Shown: positions 1-9,435 of the stretch, piece after piece | Layout: each line of letters opens with the position of its first letter | Numbering within the stretch: position 1 is the first letter of the stretch | From: a bacterium | Lineage (GTDB): Bacteria > Desulfobacterota_D > UBA1144 | DNA length: 64,000 bases | Assembly (NCBI GenBank): GCA_018654605.1 | Contig: JABILG010000019.1 | Span: forward strand, 88,742-152,741 | Reading direction: 5' to 3' | Translations under genes and position numbers: made by a program | Notes under the pieces: model-generated | Seen by the model: the letters and a program-made list of their open reading frames with translations, nothing else | What the model was told of the DNA's origin: nothing | The model's database searches: none

Positions 1-264
1 CCGATAGTGTATGGTCAAGAGTTTACTAATTACTTGATAATGATATACAGTCTAGCTTTATTGCCGATATCATTATATTTTTGGATTGTCGGAATCTGTT
101 CCAATTTTTATGGAATTATGGCAATTATCTTGGGGCTATCTTTTTTATATTTAGTATTCCTTTCATTTAAAGAAAAGAAACATTATAAAAGCGTTTTTTT
201 GTTCTCAATTCTTTACATGCTCTTAATTAATATCTTTATCTCAGTGGACATAATTTTTTTATAA
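1..264 (+). CDS. C-terminal fragment of a polytopic membrane protein (frame open from position 1). The tail pattern K-x-x-F-x-F-S-x-x-Y...D resembles the C-terminus of UbiA-family protoheme IX farnesyltransferase.
   Basis: Open frame from window edge; highly hydrophobic; weak motif resemblance to CtaB/CyoE C-termini. Confidence 0.3.
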   Translation, partial: PIVYGQEFTNYLIMIYSLALLPISLYFWIVGICSNFYGIMAIILGLSFLYLVFLSFKEKKHYKSVFLFSILYMLLINIFISVDIIFL

Positions 265-311
265 TTAGTATTTGTATCATAATTTAAAAAATTTATTGTA
301 TAGTTTGTAGT

Positions 312-1619
312 ATGAAAATTATTAAACTAAAGTCATCAGATATTAAAATTCAAATTTATAAGATTCGAAAAAGACAGGAAAACAATTTAAATATTATAGA
401 AAAGAAAGTCAACGATATATTAAGTGAGGTTCGCCTCAGAGGTGATAAATCTCTTTTTGAACTAACCAGAAAGTTTGATGACTTTGAACTGACTAAGAAG
501 AATATAAGAATTAATCAAACTCAAATTGCGAATTCATATAAGCATCTGTCTTCTGATGTTAAATCGGCTATTAAAAAATCTATTAAAAGAGTTAAGGATT
601 ACCAAAAAAAGAAATTGCCTAAGTCGCTTAGATATAAAGATGAGTTTGGAAATATACTTGGATGGAATGTTAATCCGATTAATAGGATTGGAATATATGT
701 ACCAGGGGGAACTGCATCTTATCCATCTAGTTTAATAATGACAGCGACGCTTGCAAAAGTGGCAGGATCAAAAGAATTGGTTGTTTCAACCCCCCCGGGA
801 ATCGAAGGGGTTAACCCTGCTATTCTTTTTACAGCTGACCTTCTTGGAATCAAAGAGGTTTTACAAGTAGGGGGAGCACAGGCGATAGCCGCTCTGGCTT
901 ATGGTACAAATAGCGTGAAATCAGTTGATAAGATTGTAGGACCTGGAAATATATTTGTCGCAACTGCAAAAAAGCAGGTTTTTGGTAAAGTTGATATTGA
1001 TATGATAGCAGGACCTAGTGAGGTTTTAATTATTGCAGACATAAGTGCCAATCCTGAATATGTTGCTGCGGATTTAATTGCTCAGGCAGAACATGATGTT
1101 CAGGCATCAGCTATCTGTGTAACAACTTCTATAAGATTAGCTAAACTAATCTCGGCTCAAATTAAGAAGCAATCATTGTTATTGAAAAGAAAAGATATAA
1201 TAAATGCCTCAATTAAACGAAATGGTACAATTTTTGTTGTGAACAACCTAGATGATTGTATCAATTTTTCTAATATTTTTGCACCTGAACATCTTGAAAT
1301 TTTTGTAAAGAAATCTTCTCAAGTAGAAAATAAAATTATCAATGCAGGCTCTATTTTTGTTGGCGCAAATTCAGGAGAAGCATTCGGAGATTACATAGCA
1401 GGTCCAAGCCATGTCCTACCTACCGGAGGAAGCGCAACCTTTTCATCACCCTTAAGTGCATTAGACTTCATTAAATACTCTAGTTACACAAAAATTTCTA
1501 AGCTTGGAGCAAGGCGCTTAGGGAGAGACGTAATTTTACTAGCAAAGAAAGAAGGTCTTGATGGCCATGCTAATTCTATCGCGTTGCGGCTTCGGAAGGA
1601 TAAAGAAAATGACAAATAG
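312..1619 (+). CDS. hisD: histidinol dehydrogenase
   Basis: 435 aa; GPGNIFVATAKK and IAGPSEVLIIAD motifs typical of HisD. Confidence 0.9.
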   Translation: MKIIKLKSSDIKIQIYKIRKRQENNLNIIEKKVNDILSEVRLRGDKSLFELTRKFDDFELTKKNIRINQTQIANSYKHLSSDVKSAIKKSIKRVKDYQKKKLPKSLRYKDEFGNILGWNVNPINRIGIYVPGGTASYPSSLIMTATLAKVAGSKELVVSTPPGIEGVNPAILFTADLLGIKEVLQVGGAQAIAALAYGTNSVKSVDKIVGPGNIFVATAKKQVFGKVDIDMIAGPSEVLIIADISANPEYVAADLIAQAEHDVQASAICVTTSIRLAKLISAQIKKQSLLLKRKDIINASIKRNGTIFVVNNLDDCINFSNIFAPEHLEIFVKKSSQVENKIINAGSIFVGANSGEAFGDYIAGPSHVLPTGGSATFSSPLSALDFIKYSSYTKISKLGARRLGRDVILLAKKEGLDGHANSIALRLRKDKENDK

Positions 1620-2685
1620 AATTAGACTTAAAAAGTCTCTACAGAGCTTCAACTCGTATTCTGCTGATAAAACAAGTTTTAATTATAGATTAAATGCTAA
1701 CGAATCGCCTTTTAAGTACCAAGATATATTTAATGCTAGTGCGTTAGAAAAGAAATTCCTAAAAAGTATGAAGATAGAAGATATAAATAGGTATCCTGAT
1801 TCCACGCAAGAGGAGCTCAAAGATAGTATTTTAAAATTCTATGGTCTTAAGAAAGGTCAGGTTTTGCTTGGGAATGGTTCTGATGAACTAATTCTTTATA
1901 TTCTTTTAACCTTAACGGGAAAGTCATCCAATGTTCTTTATCTAGATCCAAGTTTCTCTATGTATGAAATTTTAACCAAAGGCTTAGGATTAAAAGGAAT
2001 AAGTGTTCCTCTAACCTCAGGATTTAAGTTAGATGTTGAGAAAGTCTTAAAAAAAATAAAGTCACATGATCCTGATATTGTCTTTATAGCTAGCCCTAAT
2101 AATCCTACAGGAAATGCTTTTAAGAAAGAGGACATAATTAAAATTGTTAGTTTTTCTAAGGGAATCGTTGTTCTTGATGAAGCGTATTCAGATTACTCTG
2201 ATTTTTCTTTTATTAAATCTTTAAAAAAGTATAAGAATATGTTGATTATGAAAACTATGTCGAAAGTAGGCTTTGCCTCTCTAAGGCTAGGTTTCTTGTT
2301 GGGAGAAAAGAGGCTTATTGATAGCATTAACAAATTAAGACTTCCATATAATATTTCATCTTTTTCACAGTCAGTAGCGAATAAGTTCTTTAAAAATCCA
2401 TTTATCATAGGAAAACATATTGATATTATTAAAGCTGAAAGAAGTAAAGTCGAAGCTTTTTTAAAAGAAATTTCAAATGTTAAGGTTTATAGTTCAGACT
2501 CTAATTTTATTCTCATCAGATTAAAGAGGTCCAATGCACTTTTTAATTTTTTGAGATCTAATGATTTGATTGTAAAGAATTTCCCTAACAATAAGAAGCT
2601 ACATGATTGTTTAAGGATTACTATTGGCTTACCAAAAGAAAACAAGAGACTTATGCTACTTGTTTCTCAGTTCCTTAATAAATAG
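1609..2685 (+). CDS. hisC: histidinol-phosphate aminotransferase (start chosen at internal Met MTNRIRL preceded by AAGGA; longest ORF begins 1558)
   Basis: LNANESPF N-terminus, NPTGN motif, class I/II aminotransferase length; overlaps hisD stop. Confidence 0.85.
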   Translation: MTNRIRLKKSLQSFNSYSADKTSFNYRLNANESPFKYQDIFNASALEKKFLKSMKIEDINRYPDSTQEELKDSILKFYGLKKGQVLLGNGSDELILYILLTLTGKSSNVLYLDPSFSMYEILTKGLGLKGISVPLTSGFKLDVEKVLKKIKSHDPDIVFIASPNNPTGNAFKKEDIIKIVSFSKGIVVLDEAYSDYSDFSFIKSLKKYKNMLIMKTMSKVGFASLRLGFLLGEKRLIDSINKLRLPYNISSFSQSVANKFFKNPFIIGKHIDIIKAERSKVEAFLKEISNVKVYSSDSNFILIRLKRSNALFNFLRSNDLIVKNFPNNKKLHDCLRITIGLPKENKRLMLLVSQFLNK

Positions 2686-4143
2686 TAGGACTAGCGAAAC
2701 AAATATTAAATAGTAAATCATTTTAATATTCGCATAATTCATTGTATAAAAGCTTTTGTCTTTCCTTAAGACGACTTCGTCCAGCAAGTAACCACTTACG
2801 TTTGTTTCGACTTTATTCAATATCTTTCCTGTAGGTGAGATAATCGCACTTAAGCCATTATATGTAGATCTTATTAAAAATCTCTTATTTTCAATTGACC
2901 TTGGAATAGCCAGCATTAAGTGTTGATATGGAGCTAAACTGTCCCCGTACCATTTATCATTGGTTAAGTTTATCAAGATTTCAGAGCCCATTTGTGTCAG
3001 TTTCATCGAATTCTCTTCAAAGAGATCTTCATAACATATAATTACACCTATATTAGTTTTTTTCTTAAGGATTAAAGGCCTAATCTTACCTTTATCGAGG
3101 GAAATAAATGAATCATAAATAGGAATTATCTTGGCAACTAAATTTCTTAATGGGTAATATTCGCCAAAGATCATTAATTTATTCTTTGAATAAATGTCAG
3201 TGATTTCCGATTCCTTATTGATCAAAAGAGCAGAGTTATAATACCCTTGTTTGTTTTGAGTAATCGAACCAAGGAGAAGTGCTTCACTGTTAATTTTAAA
3301 TTTTCTTGCAAACTTCTTCTGAAAGTTTATATAATCTTCTTTGTTCTTTACTATAACTTTGTCCAGAGAGCTTTCGGGCCATATTGTTAGATCCTGGATC
3401 TTTGAACTTTCATTAATTGTATCTTGAAGATGAATTAGCTTCTTTAATGAACTTACAGGTTGTAAAATTGCAACTCTAATATTAGCCCCCCGCGCATGAT
3501 ATTTGTTTGTATTTTTTTCTATTGATGAACCCATCATTAATACAAATAAAAAAATTGTTATTATTATATAAGCTGCTTTATTGTTGTTTTTTATTGCCAA
3601 CTCATAACTCGCAATATTTATTGTTAAAACCAAAGCTGAGACTATATTAATCCCAAGAATCGAAATTAATTGAGACATTTCAGAGAAGAGTATTTGAGTA
3701 TTACCTATCTTATAAGGAAAGATTCTAGGAAAGTTTTCTTCAAATATAATATATAAAAATATTACGCACAGGTATTTTAGCCAAATATTGCTTGCTTTCC
3801 TAATAGACAAGCTAGTGAATAAGAATACTATTATATAAAATGAGGATTCGTATAAGCAATATAATAAGTGACTTATAATTGAGATACCCCAACCAGCTCC
3901 TGTTAGCCTTAGTAGAGTTGCTGTCATCCAATATGTTGCAATTAGAAGTGAAATTGTCCCAAAAGTTAAGCCCAACTTCGAAGGACTGATTTTATTGTTT
4001 TCGATTAAATATAATATTGGCACAAAGAAGAACCATGAAAGAAAGAATAAGTTAAAATTTAGGAAAGGAGCAGTGAATAATCCTATTGATAGGAATATTA
4101 GAAACAAAGATTGCATATGTCTATTATATGAACTTCTTAACAT
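2656..4143 (-). CDS. lnt: apolipoprotein N-acyltransferase
   Basis: N-terminal multi-TM region followed by CN-hydrolase domain (VAILQP..., ICYEDLF catalytic Cys region); 495 aa. Confidence 0.85.
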   Translation of the reverse strand: MLRSSYNRHMQSLFLIFLSIGLFTAPFLNFNLFFLSWFFFVPILYLIENNKISPSKLGLTFGTISLLIATYWMTATLLRLTGAGWGISIISHLLYCLYESSFYIIVFLFTSLSIRKASNIWLKYLCVIFLYIIFEENFPRIFPYKIGNTQILFSEMSQLISILGINIVSALVLTINIASYELAIKNNNKAAYIIITIFLFVLMMGSSIEKNTNKYHARGANIRVAILQPVSSLKKLIHLQDTINESSKIQDLTIWPESSLDKVIVKNKEDYINFQKKFARKFKINSEALLLGSITQNKQGYYNSALLINKESEITDIYSKNKLMIFGEYYPLRNLVAKIIPIYDSFISLDKGKIRPLILKKKTNIGVIICYEDLFEENSMKLTQMGSEILINLTNDKWYGDSLAPYQHLMLAIPRSIENKRFLIRSTYNGLSAIISPTGKILNKVETNVSGYLLDEVVLRKDKSFYTMNYANIKMIYYLIFVSLVLLFIKELRNK

Positions 4144-4183
4144 TAGGTAAATTTATTTATTTATTTTCAGGTAAATTATATTA

Positions 4184-4780
4184 ATGCTTAATTCACCAGT
4201 TCTTGTATTGAATAATTTTTTTTTTCCTGTTGACACAACAAGCGTTAAAAGGGCTTTTTTAATGCTCTACATAGGAGCGGCAAAAGCTGTGGATATGAAC
4301 TATGAGACATTTGATTTTGATACATGGAGTGAAATATCTATTTTAAAGAAGTCGGAATCAATTAGGACAGTTTCGAAAGTAATAAGGATACCTAGAGTTA
4401 TTATAGTCTTAAGATATGACAAGGTTCCAAATAAAGAGGTTAAATTTAATCGCTATAACATATTTAGGAGAGATAGGTCAGAGTGCCAGTATTGTAGAAA
4501 GCCGTTCCCAAGGAATGAGCTAACTATTGACCATGTCCATCCTAAATCATTGGGTGGAAAAACAATATGGGAAAATGTTGTCTGTTGTTGTATCGCGTGC
4601 AATAGGAATAAAGGTAGTAATATTCTAAGTTCCACTAATATGAGCTTGGCTGTTAAACCAAGCAAACCTTCATGGGAGTTATTATCAAATCTCTATATGC
4701 AGACAATTAAATTTGATGAATGGAAACCTTTTTTAAGTTCTATTGAGACATCATATTGGAACGTTGAACTGGAAGAATAA
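4184..4780 (+). CDS. HNH endonuclease family protein (stand-alone)
   Basis: CQYCRKPF...IDHVHPKSLGG...WENVVCCCIACNRNKG, a HNH/McrA-type zinc-finger nuclease motif; 198 aa. Confidence 0.75.
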   Translation: MLNSPVLVLNNFFFPVDTTSVKRAFLMLYIGAAKAVDMNYETFDFDTWSEISILKKSESIRTVSKVIRIPRVIIVLRYDKVPNKEVKFNRYNIFRRDRSECQYCRKPFPRNELTIDHVHPKSLGGKTIWENVVCCCIACNRNKGSNILSSTNMSLAVKPSKPSWELLSNLYMQTIKFDEWKPFLSSIETSYWNVELEE

Positions 4781-4839
4781 TTTAGAAGTATTGACAATGG
4801 CCAATAAACAGTAAAAATATATACTTTTTGGAGGACGTA

Positions 4840-5151
4840 ATGGAAGCCGTAATTAAGACTGGTGGTAAACAGTATCTCATCAAAGAAGGTGATAAAATTC
4901 AGATAGAAAAGACAGCCCATGAAGTTGGTGCTGAGATAGGATTTAATGAAATACTTTATATATCTGACGAAAAAGATGTATTAGTGGATGCGGCCCAATT
5001 AAAGTCGTTTAAAATTAAAGCGAAAGTGGTATCGGACGACAAAGGAAAAAAGCTCAAAGTATTTAAGTTTAGAAGGAGAAAGAATTCTAAGACCCTAAAT
5101 GGTCATAGGCAGCCTTATCAGACTGTCGAAATTTTATCTATAAGCAAATAG
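4840..5151 (+). CDS. rplU: 50S ribosomal protein L21 (start at MEAVIKTGGKQY, GGAGG 5 nt upstream)
   Basis: MEAVIKTGGKQYLIKEGDKI N-terminus typical of L21. Confidence 0.9.
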   Translation: MEAVIKTGGKQYLIKEGDKIQIEKTAHEVGAEIGFNEILYISDEKDVLVDAAQLKSFKIKAKVVSDDKGKKLKVFKFRRRKNSKTLNGHRQPYQTVEILSISK

Positions 5152-5160
5152 AGGTTAATT

Positions 5161-5418
5161 ATGTCAAAAACAAAAGCAGCAGGTAGTTCCAAGAACGGAA
5201 GAGATAGTGCCGGTAGAAGACTCGGAGTAAAACTTTTTGGTGGTCAATCAGTTAATACGGGTGGAATTATAGTAAGACAAAGAGGAACAAAGTTTTATCC
5301 TGGAGAAAATGTTGGGATTGGAAGAGATCATACACTTTTTGCTTTAAAAAATGGGCTAGTAACTTTTAAAAAGAAAGGTAAATCTAAAGTATTTGTCAGC
5401 GTAGCACCTCTAAACTAA
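5161..5418 (+). CDS. rpmA: 50S ribosomal protein L27
   Basis: [24 protein letters not shown]... canonical L27. Confidence 0.9.
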   Translation: MSKTKAAGSSKNGRDSAGRRLGVKLFGGQSVNTGGIIVRQRGTKFYPGENVGIGRDHTLFALKNGLVTFKKKGKSKVFVSVAPLN

Positions 5419-5475
5419 GGTTTTTAAAATTACTTATTGTTTAATCTCCTTAATATCCGATTATAATATTCTAAA

Positions 5476-8100
5476 ATGAAATCATCTGATATAAGAAAGA
5501 AGTTTTTGGATTTTTTTAATGATAAAAGTCATGGCTTAGTTGCAAGTTCTGGTCTAATTCCTAAGAATGATCCAACTTTATTATTTACTAATGCTGGCAT
5601 GGTTCAATTTAAAAATGTTTTCTTGGGTTTAGAGAAGTTTAAACATGCTCGGGCTGCATCTTGTCAAAAATCCCTAAGGGCAGGCGGAAAGCATAATGAT
5701 TTAGAGAATGTGGGAAGAACTAGTAGGCACCATACTTTTTTTGAAATGCTGGGAAATTTTTCATTTGGAGACTATTTTAAAGAAGACGCAATATCTTTTG
5801 CTTGGGAGTTTCTAACTAAAGAACTAAAGATAGATAAGAACAGGCTGTATATAACTGTCCACAATGGAGACAATGAGGCTAGAGAGATTTGGCTTAACTC
5901 AATAAAGATCAACAAAGATAGAATATATAAATTAGGTGATAAGGATAATTTCTGGTCTATGGGCGACACAGGACCATGTGGACCCTGTTCTGAGATTATG
6001 TATGACATAGGAGAGGCAAATTCGAATTGCCTAAACCCGGAGAATTGTTCTGTTGAATGTGAGTGTGGAAGATTTCTTGAAATATGGAATCTAGTTTTTA
6101 TGCAATTTAATAGAGGTGAGGATGGACAGCTTACACCTTTACCAAGGCCAAGCATCGATACTGGCATGGGCTTAGAAAGACTAGCATCAGTTCTGCAAGA
6201 TGTTAAAAGTAATTATGATACCGACCTATTTGAATATTTGACTAATTATGTTGCTACTTTCTTGGGGACAGAGTATGGGAAAGACAACGAAACAGATATA
6301 TCAATTCGAGTTTTATCCGATCATGCAAGAGCTGTGACTTTCTTAATCTCAGATGGTGTCATTCCTTCTAGCGAAGGTAGAGGATATGTAGCTAGAAGAA
6401 TACTAAGAAGAGCCGTACGTCACAATAAGAAGTTGGGAATTTCAGATCCTTTCTTACATAACCTTGTCGGTTTAGTTGTTGAGGAGATGAAGAGTTTTTA
6501 TCCGGAGTTGGGAAGTCAAAAGGATAACATTATTTCAATCGTCATAAACGAAGAAAAGAAGTTCTTATCAACCATAGATAGGGGATTTGACCAGCTTAAG
6601 GAAGCTATGAGTATGTCTTCAAGAACAAAGGTTCTCTCAGGGAAGGATGTATTTAAGCTTTATGACACCTATGGTTTTCCAGTAGATTTAATTGAAGACA
6701 TCGTAAGTGAAACAGACTATGTATTGGATATGAAAGCATACGAAGAAGAGATGCTTAATCAAAAGAATTCGTCAAAGAAAGCTTCGAAATTTAAGAATTT
6801 AGTGGGAGAGGCAATTGATTTAACAAAGATTATCAATCTGGATAATATAACAAAATTTGTTGGATATAATAGTCTTGATTTAGAGTCTAAAATTTTAGCA
6901 ATAATTAAAGATGACGAAATTGTTAGCTCTGCCTTTGAAAAAGAAAGAGTAGGGGTCGTATTAAAGTCTTCACCGTTCTATGCAGAATCTGGTGGTCAAA
7001 TAGGTGATAAAGGAGTTATTGAAACATCCTCATCCATAATTGATGTATTTGATACACAGAAAACAAAAGAAGGGTTCTTTATTCATAGTGGGATAGTAAA
7101 GAGAGGTGAAGTTAGGAATGGTGATAAAGCTAATGGTAGAGTTGATAAAATCTTCAGAGACCGAATATCTGAGCATCATTCTGCCACTCATATACTTCAT
7201 TCTTCTCTAAGAGAAATACTTGGTACCCATATTAGGCAAGCAGGCTCATTGGTAAAGAGCGATAGATTAAGATTTGATTTTAGTCATTTTTCAAATATTG
7301 ATAATGACACCCTCAAAGAAATCGAGAATTTATCAAATGAAAGAATCAGAATGAATAATGAAATTGTGATTCAAGAAAATGTTGAGTACAAAAAAGCTAT
7401 TAAAAATGGGGCAACCGCTTTTTTTGAAGATAAGTATGGTGACTTTGTTAGAGTGGTTAGAATAGGAGATTTTAGTATGGAGCTTTGTGGTGGGACACAT
7501 ATAAATAGTTCTGGTCAAATAGGTTCCCTATATATTTCATCTGAATCATCTATATCGTCTGGTATTAGGAGAATTGAGGCACATGTTGGAGAATCAGGTT
7601 TTAAGTATATAAGTAATATCAAGGATTTTTTAACAACCTCTTCTTCTTTGCTTAATTCGTCAATTGAGAAAGTACCTAATAGCATAGAAAGAATACAGAA
7701 AGAGAACGACGCTCTAAGATTAAAGGTTTCCTCGTTTGAGAAAAAAGCAACCAAGAGCCTAGCGGACCAAGTCTTGTCAGATTGTGAATCCTTTGATGAT
7801 ATCAAGATAGTTTCTTATTTAGGTAAAGATATGACTTCATCTCAATTGAAGAACCTTTGGGACGACTTAAAGAAAAATAAAAATGTTATTGCCCTCTTAG
7901 CTTCAAACAATAGAGAAAGTTCGATAATAATTTGTGCTGCTAGTAAAGGTATAAAGAATTTCGATTGTAAGGTTTTTCTAAATGAAATTGCTACTAATAT
8001 TAATGGAAAAGGTGGTGGCAAGAGCAACCTAGCACAATTTGGTTGTGACACCATTAATAGTCTTGATGAGATTGTAGTGCTTATTAAAAATCAGCTGTAA
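5476..8100 (+). CDS. alaS: alanine--tRNA ligase
   Basis: 874 aa; FLDFF..KSHGLVASS..NDPTLLFTNAGMVQFK class II AlaRS N-terminus, editing domain HxxxH motifs. Confidence 0.95.
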   Translation: MKSSDIRKKFLDFFNDKSHGLVASSGLIPKNDPTLLFTNAGMVQFKNVFLGLEKFKHARAASCQKSLRAGGKHNDLENVGRTSRHHTFFEMLGNFSFGDYFKEDAISFAWEFLTKELKIDKNRLYITVHNGDNEAREIWLNSIKINKDRIYKLGDKDNFWSMGDTGPCGPCSEIMYDIGEANSNCLNPENCSVECECGRFLEIWNLVFMQFNRGEDGQLTPLPRPSIDTGMGLERLASVLQDVKSNYDTDLFEYLTNYVATFLGTEYGKDNETDISIRVLSDHARAVTFLISDGVIPSSEGRGYVARRILRRAVRHNKKLGISDPFLHNLVGLVVEEMKSFYPELGSQKDNIISIVINEEKKFLSTIDRGFDQLKEAMSMSSRTKVLSGKDVFKLYDTYGFPVDLIEDIVSETDYVLDMKAYEEEMLNQKNSSKKASKFKNLVGEAIDLTKIINLDNITKFVGYNSLDLESKILAIIKDDEIVSSAFEKERVGVVLKSSPFYAESGGQIGDKGVIETSSSIIDVFDTQKTKEGFFIHSGIVKRGEVRNGDKANGRVDKIFRDRISEHHSATHILHSSLREILGTHIRQAGSLVKSDRLRFDFSHFSNIDNDTLKEIENLSNERIRMNNEIVIQENVEYKKAIKNGATAFFEDKYGDFVRVVRIGDFSMELCGGTHINSSGQIGSLYISSESSISSGIRRIEAHVGESGFKYISNIKDFLTTSSSLLNSSIEKVPNSIERIQKENDALRLKVSSFEKKATKSLADQVLSDCESFDDIKIVSYLGKDMTSSQLKNLWDDLKKNKNVIALLASNNRESSIIICAASKGIKNFDCKVFLNEIATNINGKGGGKSNLAQFGCDTINSLDEIVVLIKNQL

Positions 8101-8974
8101 TACCATTTTTAACAAGAATTTTTTTTATTTTTTTTATTGCAGATTTCTCAATTTGCCTCACTCGCTCCCTAGAAATCTTAAATTTTTCTCCCAATTTTTC
8201 TAAAGTAACTTGTTTGTCAGATAATAATCTATTCTTTATTATGTAAGCTTCTCTTTCATTAAGAGTTTCTATAGCTTCCTTCAAGCTGGACTCTAATTCT
8301 TTCTTTTGCTGATCCTCTATTATTATATCTTCCTGACTTTGTGAACCAGAAGGCAAAAAGTCAATCTTTGTTTGTTTTTCATTTGCCTTAATTTCGTCGT
8401 CTAGAGAGTAGTCTTTTCCACCCATCCTTTGATCCATTTCTTTTATTTCTTTAATTGAGACCTTAAGATCTCTAGATAATTTTGAATAGTATTCCTCTAA
8501 GGAAAGATCTCCAGAGTTGTATAAACTTTTAGCCGACCTTATTTTGTAGAATAGTTTTCTTTGTCCTTGTGTTGTTCCTATCTTTACAAGACTCCAGTTC
8601 TTCATTATAAAATTTTGTATGTATGCTCTTATCCACCATACTCCATAGGAAATTAATCTATATCTCTTTGTCGGATCAAATTTAGTAACTGCTTGCATAA
8701 GGCCAAGGTTTCCCTCTTGTATAACATCCATTAAATTGAGACCATAGTTTTTATATTCCATAGCAATTTTTACTACAAATTTAAGGTTTGCAGTTATTAG
8801 CTTCCTAGCGGATTCTAGGTTACCCGAGTCCCTATATTCCTGAGCATATTTTGCTTCTTCTTCACGTGATAAGATTTTATAATTACTTATTTCTGTCAGA
8901 TATTTCTCCAGTGAATTTGCTGGTACTGGCAGATTCTTATTATTATTCTTTAGCTTATTATTATTTTTCCTCAT
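8084..8974 (-). CDS. rpoH: RNA polymerase sigma-32 (heat-shock sigma factor)
   Basis: Sigma-70 regions 2-4; QGQRKLFYKIR matches the RpoH box Q(R/K)(K/R)LFFNLR; 296 aa. Confidence 0.8.
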   Translation of the reverse strand: MRKNNNKLKNNNKNLPVPANSLEKYLTEISNYKILSREEEAKYAQEYRDSGNLESARKLITANLKFVVKIAMEYKNYGLNLMDVIQEGNLGLMQAVTKFDPTKRYRLISYGVWWIRAYIQNFIMKNWSLVKIGTTQGQRKLFYKIRSAKSLYNSGDLSLEEYYSKLSRDLKVSIKEIKEMDQRMGGKDYSLDDEIKANEKQTKIDFLPSGSQSQEDIIIEDQQKKELESSLKEAIETLNEREAYIIKNRLLSDKQVTLEKLGEKFKISRERVRQIEKSAIKKIKKILVKNGITADF

Positions 8975-9033
8975 TAATATTTAGTAATCATTATACTTTT
9001 ATAGGTTTATCTTGCCAATAAGAAGTGATAATG

Positions 9034-9062
9034 CTTGACTGTTATAAGCATTTACATTAAAT
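9034..9062 (+). promoter_or_regulatory. candidate sigma-70 promoter for tRNA-Asn (TTGACT, 17-nt spacer, TAAATT), about 22 nt upstream of the tRNA 5' end
   Basis: Spacing and hexamer match seen in sequence only. Confidence 0.25.
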
Positions 9063-9084
9063 TGTTAGTTTTATAGCTTAACAT

Positions 9085-9157
9085 TCCGGAGTAGCTCAGC
9101 TGGCAGAGCAGGTGACTGTTAATCACTTTGTCGGGGGTTCAAATCCCTCCTCCGGAG
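9085..9157 (+). tRNA. tRNA-Asn (anticodon GTT), no encoded CCA
   Basis: Cloverleaf: 7-bp acceptor stem TCCGGAG/CTCCGGA, D-arm AGCTCAGCTGGCAGAGC, anticodon loop CTGTTAA (U33, GUU, A37), T-loop GGTTCAAATCC. Confidence 0.85.
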
Positions 9158-9183
9158 CGATAGTAATCGTAAACTATCATTAA

Positions 9184-9435
9184 TTGGTTATAATTTACAT
9201 TATAATTATGAGAAATTTTCTTTGCTCTTTCTTTATACTGTTCTTTTTCTCTCGTACCGCTTTTGCATATATAGACCCAGCGTCTGGAAGTACTATAATA
9301 TCGCTTATTATTGGAGGCACAGTGTTAATAGGAGTCTTTCTGAAGACTTTTTGGTATAAGCTTAAATCGTTAGTTGGGATTAAAGATGTAAACAATAAAC
9401 CTGTTAGGACAACTGAAAACAATAAGAACCTGTAA
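9184..9435 (+). CDS. small signal-peptide/TM protein, first gene of the operon (stop overlaps next start as TAATG)
   Basis: MRNFLCSFFILFFFSRTAFA signal-like segment followed by a second hydrophobic helix; translational coupling to next ORF. Confidence 0.35.
   Translation: MVIIYIIIMRNFLCSFFILFFFSRTAFAYIDPASGSTIISLIIGGTVLIGVFLKTFWYKLKSLVGIKDVNNKPVRTTENNKNL

Noticed and set aside
526-735. 69-aa ORF inside hisD and the many 60-130 aa antisense ORFs in the track (e.g. 1938-2135, 5772-6167, 11150-11539, 54645-55175)
   Set aside because: They lie within or antisense to well-supported genes and are typical AT-rich-genome artefacts with low-complexity translations.
9159-9178. Hairpin GATAGT-N8-ACTATC right after tRNA-Asn as a terminator or att site
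   Set aside because: There is no following T-run and no matching repeat found downstream. It is kept only as a note within the island-junction finding.
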